DNA of 63,868 bases, the filler included, from an uncultured Planctomycetales bacterium (lineage in GTDB: Bacteria > Omnitrophota > Gorgyraeia > Gygaellales > Profunditerraquicolaceae): NCBI GenBank assembly GCA_964487475.1. It is 4 parts of 4 records of this genome, joined end to end, with 100 filler letters (N's around TTAATTAATTAA, not from the genome) between each part and the next. Parts side by side here need not be neighbours in the genome. Positions count along the whole stretch, not along the records: positions 41,237 to 60,116 come from CAZAPM010000021.1; positions 60,217 to 63,868 come from CAZAPM010000028.1; 2 more parts are not named here. One strand, 5' to 3'. The notes beneath the pieces are model-generated. The model saw only the letters and a program-made list of their open reading frames with translations, was not told the origin of the DNA and did not search any database. Below are positions 57,446 to 63,868 of the stretch, in pieces. A program made the position numbers and the translations under genes. Each line of letters begins with the position of its first letter. Positions within the stretch are counted from its first letter, which is position 1.

Positions 57446-58647
57446 CCTCCCCATCCCGCGATCAGCCTGCACATGTGCGCGGTAAATATACCGGTATACG
57501 TCCCGCAGATATTCCCCAGTATCGCCATCAGCAGCCCGACGGTGGCCAGCCCCGGCTGATAGATCGCCGCGACCACCGGCGCGGAAGCCACCCCTCCGAT
57601 ATTCGCCTGGCTGGCAGCCGCTGCCAGGAACATGGGCGCCCGCAGGACGCGCGCCGCGATCAGAAGCACCAGCGCATGGATCACCACCGCCACCGCACCT
57701 GCCGCGATAAGCACGGCCGCCGCCCCCACATTCGCCACGCTGGCCCTGGCGCCGATCGAAGTCAGCACCAGGTACAAAAGCCAGTATCCGATACGGGAAG
57801 CGCCGTGCGCTTCCAGCGCGCGCCCCGGAGTGAAAGAGAGCGCGATCCCCAGCGCAGAGACGATGATGATGGTCCAGGTGTACGTCGAAATCACGTCTTT
57901 TACCGTCGGAAACGCCTTTGCGCATAGATGAGAGAAGGTCGCTCCGGCTGCCGCGATCCCGAGGATCAGGAGCAATGCGGCGGCTGCCCGGCCCGCCGGA
58001 AGTTTTTTAACCGCGCATCCTTTCCTCCCGGTATCCCCGCATCCCTGCATTCTCAGCGCCAGCTGATCCAGCACCTTCCGGTCGGCCCTGAACCTGCGGT
58101 CAAAAAGCGGCTGCAGCCCCGCGCCTGCCACCAGAAGCCCCATCCAGGCGTACGGCACCACCGTGTCCACGATCACCATCGGAGCGAACACCGCGTCGGG
58201 CACGCCGATCGCTTCCTTGGCCGCGACCATATTGGCGCTTCCTCCCACCCACGAGGCGGAAAGCGCGCCAAAGCCGCTCCACATCTGCGCTCCCGCCGCT
58301 CCCTTGAACAACGCGAACGCGACAGGGATACCGATCATGATCCCCAGCGACCCTGCCGCCATCATCAGCAGCGCTTTACCCTTGAGCGCGGAGATCGCCC
58401 TGACATCAGAGGACATCAGCAGCAGCACCAGGCTGGCCGGAAGCAGATACGTCGAAAGCCACTGGTACACCGGGGAACTTGCCGCAATGACCCCGGTTGC
58501 GGACGCGATCAAAGGGATACAATAGATCCAGAACACCGGAGGAATAAAGGAAAAATACCGCTGGAATCTTTTCCTCGATGAAACATACAACACTGCCGCC
58601 TCGATAAGGACAAGCGCACACACCAGCGCTGCCGGATGGGTGATCAT
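57442..58647 (-). CDS. DUF819 family membrane protein
   Basis: SWVGGSANM, ASQANIGG..SA; polytopic. Confidence 0.85.
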   Translation of the reverse strand: MITHPAALVCALVLIEAAVLYVSSRKRFQRYFSFIPPVFWIYCIPLIASATGVIAASSPVYQWLSTYLLPASLVLLLMSSDVRAISALKGKALLMMAAGSLGIMIGIPVAFALFKGAAGAQMWSGFGALSASWVGGSANMVAAKEAIGVPDAVFAPMVIVDTVVPYAWMGLLVAGAGLQPLFDRRFRADRKVLDQLALRMQGCGDTGRKGCAVKKLPAGRAAAALLLILGIAAAGATFSHLCAKAFPTVKDVISTYTWTIIIVSALGIALSFTPGRALEAHGASRIGYWLLYLVLTSIGARASVANVGAAAVLIAAGAVAVVIHALVLLIAARVLRAPMFLAAAASQANIGGVASAPVVAAIYQPGLATVGLLMAILGNICGTYTGIFTAHMCRLIAGWGG

Positions 58648-59735
58648 TTTAACCCCTCCTTCGCGCCTAACCCGGGTATAGTACCGGATAACCGGTACAC
58701 CCCGTCCTGGGAAAGGTAAGGGATGCATCCCGGCCCTTCCTGCTGCCCGCGGATGAAAAACGGCGTATCCAGATCGACGTACCGGAAATATCCCAGCCCC
58801 GCCGCCAGATGCGCCGCTGCCAGCGTCGCCACCGACCCCTCCATCATCTGGCCGATCATCAGATCCACACCCTGCCCGTGCGCCAGGTCCGCCGCGATCC
58901 TCGCCTGCACCACGCCGAATTTCATCAGCTTGATGTTAACCGCCGGCACGAGCTTATCCTTAAGCAGCCGCTGCACGCCCGCCAGATCGGAGGCGCTCTC
59001 GTCGGCGCACACCGCGATCCCGGTCTTCTTCCACACCTCGTGCAGCCCTTCGATATCCTCTTTCACCACCGGCTGCTCGATAAGCACCGGCCGCACTGCC
59101 TTAGCCTGCAGCGTACGCACCAGCTCCACCATCTCCCGCACGGTGAAGGCCTGATTCGCATCCAGATAAAGGGTTGCCCCGGGAGCGGCGCGCGCCACCC
59201 GCACCACGCGCTCAACATCCAGAGACTTATCCCGGCCGATCTTGATCTTCAGGGTCTTGAACCCCTGCCGCGCATACTCCGCTGCCCTCTCCTGCGCTTC
59301 CTGCGGCGAGCCCACCACCACCGTAATATCCGTCACGATCCGGGCGCACGCATCACCGAACATCCTCCACAAAGGGACTCCCCGGCGTTTGGCCTGCGCA
59401 TCGAAAAGCGCCGTCTCTACCGCCGCCACGGCCGCCATATTCCCGGGAAGCGCCGCATGCAAAAGGGTGGAAAGCTCCAGGATCGAAGACGCATCCTTCC
59501 CGTGCAGCATCTCCGCCGCCCGGCACAACCCCTGCCGGGTGCCCTCGATGGTCTCTCCGGTGATATGCGTGGCGATCGCCGCCTCTCCCATACCTTGCAT
59601 GCCGTTCGAAAGGGCCACCCGGACCAGAAGATTATCCAATTCGGTGTGCGCGCCGCGGGATATCCCGAAAGGCATGACCAAAGGAGCCTGCAGCGGCTCG
59701 ATCGTGATCTCCTGAATGCATACCGTTTCCGGCAT
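58644..59735 (-). CDS. L-Ala-D/L-Glu dipeptide epimerase (enolase superfamily)
   Basis: KIK, DANQ, IEQP, ADES, NIKLMK, DLD. Confidence 0.9.
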   Translation of the reverse strand: MPETVCIQEITIEPLQAPLVMPFGISRGAHTELDNLLVRVALSNGMQGMGEAAIATHITGETIEGTRQGLCRAAEMLHGKDASSILELSTLLHAALPGNMAAVAAVETALFDAQAKRRGVPLWRMFGDACARIVTDITVVVGSPQEAQERAAEYARQGFKTLKIKIGRDKSLDVERVVRVARAAPGATLYLDANQAFTVREMVELVRTLQAKAVRPVLIEQPVVKEDIEGLHEVWKKTGIAVCADESASDLAGVQRLLKDKLVPAVNIKLMKFGVVQARIAADLAHGQGVDLMIGQMMEGSVATLAAAHLAAGLGYFRYVDLDTPFFIRGQQEGPGCIPYLSQDGVYRLSGTIPGLGAKEGLK

Positions 59736-60116
59736 CTACGCTCCCTGCGGTTTACGCCCTGTAAAAAAATGGGCGATCTGAAAGGTCATCGTCTCGTGGC
59801 ACACGTCCGTAAATCCCGCCTGCGACAACAATCCCCGGACTTCCTGCGGTCCGGCAAACTGCCTGATGGAAGATGACAGGTAGGCGTATGCGTTCCTGTC
59901 CGCGCCAAAGACGCGCGCCGCCCCGGGGAGGACGCGGCGCAAGTACAGATGATACATCTTTCCCCGGAAGGTACTCGCGGGCGGACAGAACTCGAGGATC
60001 CCCGCCACTCCCCCCGGCGCAAGCACCCGGTACAGCTCCCGCAAAGAGTCCTGACGAGCGCCTATATTCCTCAAACCGAACGCCATGACCGCGGTATCGA
60101 AGTACCCGTCGCGAAA
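59736..60116 (-). CDS. UbiE/MenG methyltransferase (5' truncated)
   Basis: FD.V.MAFGLRN, E.YRVL.PGG, Y.YL..SI..F. Confidence 0.85.
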   Translation of the reverse strand, partial: FRDGYFDTAVMAFGLRNIGARQDSLRELYRVLAPGGVAGILEFCPPASTFRGKMYHLYLRRVLPGAARVFGADRNAYAYLSSSIRQFAGPQEVRGLLSQAGFTDVCHETMTFQIAHFFTGRKPQGA

Positions 60117-60216
60117 NNNNNNNNNNNNNNNNNNNNNNNNNNNNNNNNNNNNNNNNNNNNTTAATTAATTAANNNNNNNNNNNNNNNNNNNNNNNNNNNN
60201 NNNNNNNNNNNNNNNN
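60117..60216. other. Artificial contig linker
   Basis: N-run containing TTAATTAATTAA. Confidence 0.97.
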
Positions 60217-63200
60217 GGATACGCGGGATTCTGCTTACGGATCAGGAACTTGCCCGTATCCTGCTGCCAGATGTAATCCGCATACTGTTCCACCACGAAC
60301 CTCATGGCGTGGTGCGTCTCATGCATCTGCTTCTGGGCGAACTCGTTGATCACGTACTCCACGGAAAGGCAACGGTCCCCGCCCTCTTCCCTGGTCAGGG
60401 TATCGCGGTCGATACGGCGCTCAAGCCTGATCTTTACATCATTGAACACCACTGCTACCAGCAGATCGAGCTCCTTGCGGATCTCGCCGTTCAAGCCCAT
60501 ATAGGGGGAATCGGTAAGGAGCACGTCGTATGGCGGATCGAACTCCTGCTTCTTGTCACCGGAAACATGAGGCTCAAAAGGCAGCTTTCCGCCCTTCTTG
60601 CCGTACTTGATGCTCTGCAGCGCGCGGTGATAGGTCCCTTCGTCGTAGATCGCAGGACCCTGCAGGATCACGTCGCGCATGCCGCCCGACTGCTCATAGC
60701 GGAAGTGGTTGCCCAGATGCAGGAAGATATCGGAGCCGGCGACATACACCTTTAAGCCCTGCTTCTCCAGGTCCTTCTGCAGGTGCCTGATAAAGCTGGA
60801 GGTACCGGCCGAAGAAGCCCCCATCACGCCGACCGTGATGCACTGGCCGGCCTTACCCTTGCGCACCTCCATAATGCGATTCGCGAGCTCCTCTCTTACC
60901 CGGGTTCCCGCAGCATGGATAAGCGTTTTGCTGGTCTCCTTGATCTGATTGGTGATGCGCTTGGTCTGTTTCTTGCGCATTCCGGCGGTAAGGGTGGTAT
61001 CGGCGCGTGCCCTTTCCCGCTGCCGGCGGAATCCTGATATCTTGCGCTGCGCCTTCTTCCATGTTTCGCGATAATCGAATTCCACGACGCGGTATGCGCC
61101 GCTTTCCTCCAATGTCCGCAGGCTCATGTCTTCGGGCAGATACAGCGTCTCGCCGTTGGCATAGCTCGGATGCTGCACCGCGATGAGGAGGTTATTCGCC
61201 GCGGTCCCGCGCAGATGGGGAGCGACCGCAAGAGCAGCTCCTGCCGCGGCTTCCTGTACGGCATATTCGCGCAGCGCAGCGCTCAAGCGCTGCACATCCA
61301 TCCTCTTGCCTTCCAGATAATATGCATACAGCGCCAAAATATCACCCTCGCCGACCTTAAGGTAACCGAACATCTTGTTCTCGAGCACAGCCAGACGCTT
61401 GTAGATCTCCGCCTTGAACGCTCCGGTCGGGTCTTTACGGGTATCGTAGTTATTCAGCAGCGCGAAGAAATAAGGCAGGTCCTTCTTCTCGGTGGCGTAA
61501 TCGAGATAGAACAAGTCGAGCTCGCTGACCCCTGCACCGCGGGCATGGGACGGGGAGAAGTGCAACTCCTGCATGCTCGCAAAGGAATGGCTGAAGTCGC
61601 ATTCCGTGATCATGACGAAGTATTCCATGAAGAGGTGTGCCACCACCTGAGTGATGAACTTCTTGTGCTGGCCCTGGCCGTAGAGGTCGAAGATGCCGCG
61701 GGTGATGTGCACGTAGTAAATATTCTCCGCCGGATCCTTATTGATGAAGCTCAGGATCCCCATGTACCCGAACTCGATTCCTTCCGGACGGGGATAGAAC
61801 ACCTCTCCCGGACCAAGGTCGTCAACGATGATACGCACGGTCCCGTCATGGAGGTACTGCACCAGGCGGTCATAGATCAGGGACGGCTTGCGTTCGTTGA
61901 TCCAGGAAGCCACCCTTCCGGCGAGGGCGGCGGTATCGGTGATCACCTTGCCCTCTGACGCCAGCCGTGCGGAAAGCGCCACCAGCGCATCCTGCTCCTG
62001 GGGAGAGACTTTTGCGGTACCGGGCGCCTTCTTCACTTCCACCCCGTCGCGATGTACGGTGACCGAAGGAGCGACCTGCTTAAGCGGCATCTTCAACCGG
62101 CGGTAAAGCGCCGCCTGGAAGCTGCCCGTAGGATCGAGGTTCGGGTTGTAGTTCTCCACCAGGGAATCAAGGTAATTGGCGTTACCGATCTCGAGGTAGA
62201 ACAGGTCAAGATCGCTCACCCCCAGCTTCCGCGCCTCATCGCTCGCAAAGTAGATCTCCTGGATACAGGCATGGTGATGGCGGGTCAGGCCGCTGGGCGC
62301 AAGCACCAGATGATCGAAATACTCGTGCACCACCAGCTGGGCCATGAACTCCAGGTTGGGGCTGAAATGCTCGTACGCCGCCTTGGTGACATGCACGAAG
62401 TAAACCGGCATAAAGGTCTCTTTGAGCTTACGGGTATGCGGGGTCTCCTCAGCGGTGCGCTGCTCGAAGGTATCCTTATCGATGATCTGGCCGGTAATGT
62501 CATTGACGTACCACTGATCGATGTANNNNNNNNNNNNNNNNNNNNNNNNNNNNNNNNNNNNNNNNNNNNNNNNNNNNNNNNNNNNNNNNNNNNNNNNNNN
62601 NNNNNNNNNNNNNNNNNNNNNNNNNTGGTGCGCGAACTGCTTCAGGTTGGCGATACGCTGCTCGAAATCCCCGGCCTTGTCATTGCCCTTGCGGCGGGCG
62701 ATACCCTGCACGCGCTTGAAGTTACCCGCGGCGCCGGCCTGCACGCCGGGTGCCGCATCCTCGACCATCATGGCATGCGCCGGATCGGTGCCCAGGCGGC
62801 GGGCGCATTCGATGAAAAGCCACGGCGAAGGCTTGGACTGGGCAGCGGTATTGGTCACGTCCAGACCGCAGACAATGGCATCGAAGAGCTCGAAAAGCCC
62901 GACACCCTTCAGGACCTTCGGGGTATTCTTGGACGCGGAGGCGATACCGACCTTGATCCCGGCAGCTTTCAGCTGCTTGACGAGAACGACCGCATCCTCG
63001 AACACATCCGCCTTGGCGGCACCGGTATCCAGAAGCTCGTTAAACCTTATATTCTTGGCGTTGGCGATACCGGAAATATCGAAATATGCATCGGCGCCAT
63101 CCCACACGTAGACGGTATCCTTAGCCTTGTCATCACCGTAGGACAGCTGCTCTGCGGTAAAGCCGCGGCTTCTGAAGAACGCTTCGGTCCCGCGGTAGCG

Positions 63201-63868
63201 GCTCTTGCCGTCCACATGCAGCTCATATTCATGCTGGGTGAACTCCGCGAAAGGCACCCCGAACTTGGTTTCCAGCTTGCGCAGCGCCGCTTCGTAGGTC
63301 TCCTTCCACGCCCGCATATGCACGGTCGCGGTATCCGTAATGACGCCGTCCAAGTCGAAAATAGCCGCCTGGAATCCGTTCGAATCAAGCACCGCGGGAT
63401 CAAGCAGCCTGGCGGTGTGCACCATATTAAGCAGAAGCGCTGCCTGCGCCTTGGTCCTGGCATTGACGGCCATGATATTCTCCATGGCGCGCAGCTCTTC
63501 AAAGCTGTACTTGTTGCCCTGCATGGGCTTCTTATCCCAGGCCTTGGCATCGGTGCCAAAAGGCACCACCGCTTCGATATGTTCCTTGCGGAAGATATCC
63601 GCATAGCAAGTCTGGGGCTTGGCCGCAACCTTCTGGCGTACGGAGTTATATATGATCGCCCATCCGCCTGCGATCGCATTCACTACGCTGTCCTGCGCAT
63701 AAAGGAACTCTATATCCGCCTTGCCGATGGTGCTGGCGCTTACCGCGCTGCTGACCACTACGCTCGATCTTCCGATCGCCGCATTCTGGATCAGGGACTT
63801 GCGGACGTACACCCCGCCGACCTCGATCCCCTGCTGCATCATCTCCCAGGTGATCTCTTTTTTAGTAT
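60217..63868 (-). CDS. Fragment of a very large multidomain protein (beta-PGM-type HAD, duplicated unknown domain, uridine kinase-like); open at both ends
   Basis: No stop from the window end to the contig end; FDLDGVITDT/SASKN/KP.P/ED motifs; spans scaffold gap 62526-62625, so continuity is unproven. Confidence 0.72.

Overview
GC-rich bacterial draft/MAG sequence made of four pieces joined by artificial N-TTAATTAATTAA-N linkers (22090-22189, 41137-41236, 60117-60216), plus two 100-N scaffold gaps. Adjacency across linkers is not biological. Gene content and the giant ORF resemble Candidatus Omnitrophota/PVC (inference only). Piece 1 holds a cobalamin-riboswitch-controlled corrinoid uptake/salvage operon, a glycolipid/HD-GYP/response regulator operon and a T2SS/T4P-like cluster. 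That cluster is interrupted by a regulatory hub missed by the ORF track: a MerR-type gene apparently starting at ATC, with a 24-bp dyad over its promoter, and divergently a c-di-GMP-I riboswitch fused to a 34-aa cationic peptide ORF. Piece 2 holds accessory enzymes, a GPH-family MFS transporter and a radical SAM/membrane glycosyltransferase cluster containing an 890-bp exact duplication. Piece 3 holds a tRNA-Asn(GTT) split inside the anticodon (35/36) by a 202-nt group I intron, ABC-F, recR, dnaX, a macro domain gene, mutS-mutL, lemA-DUF2207, a cold-shock gene and a peptidoglycan-peptide recycling module. A palindromic repeat family there flanks genes and also sits in-frame inside dnaX. Piece 4 is an internal fragment of a very large multidomain protein. 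All calls come from motif recognition by eye; no searches were run.
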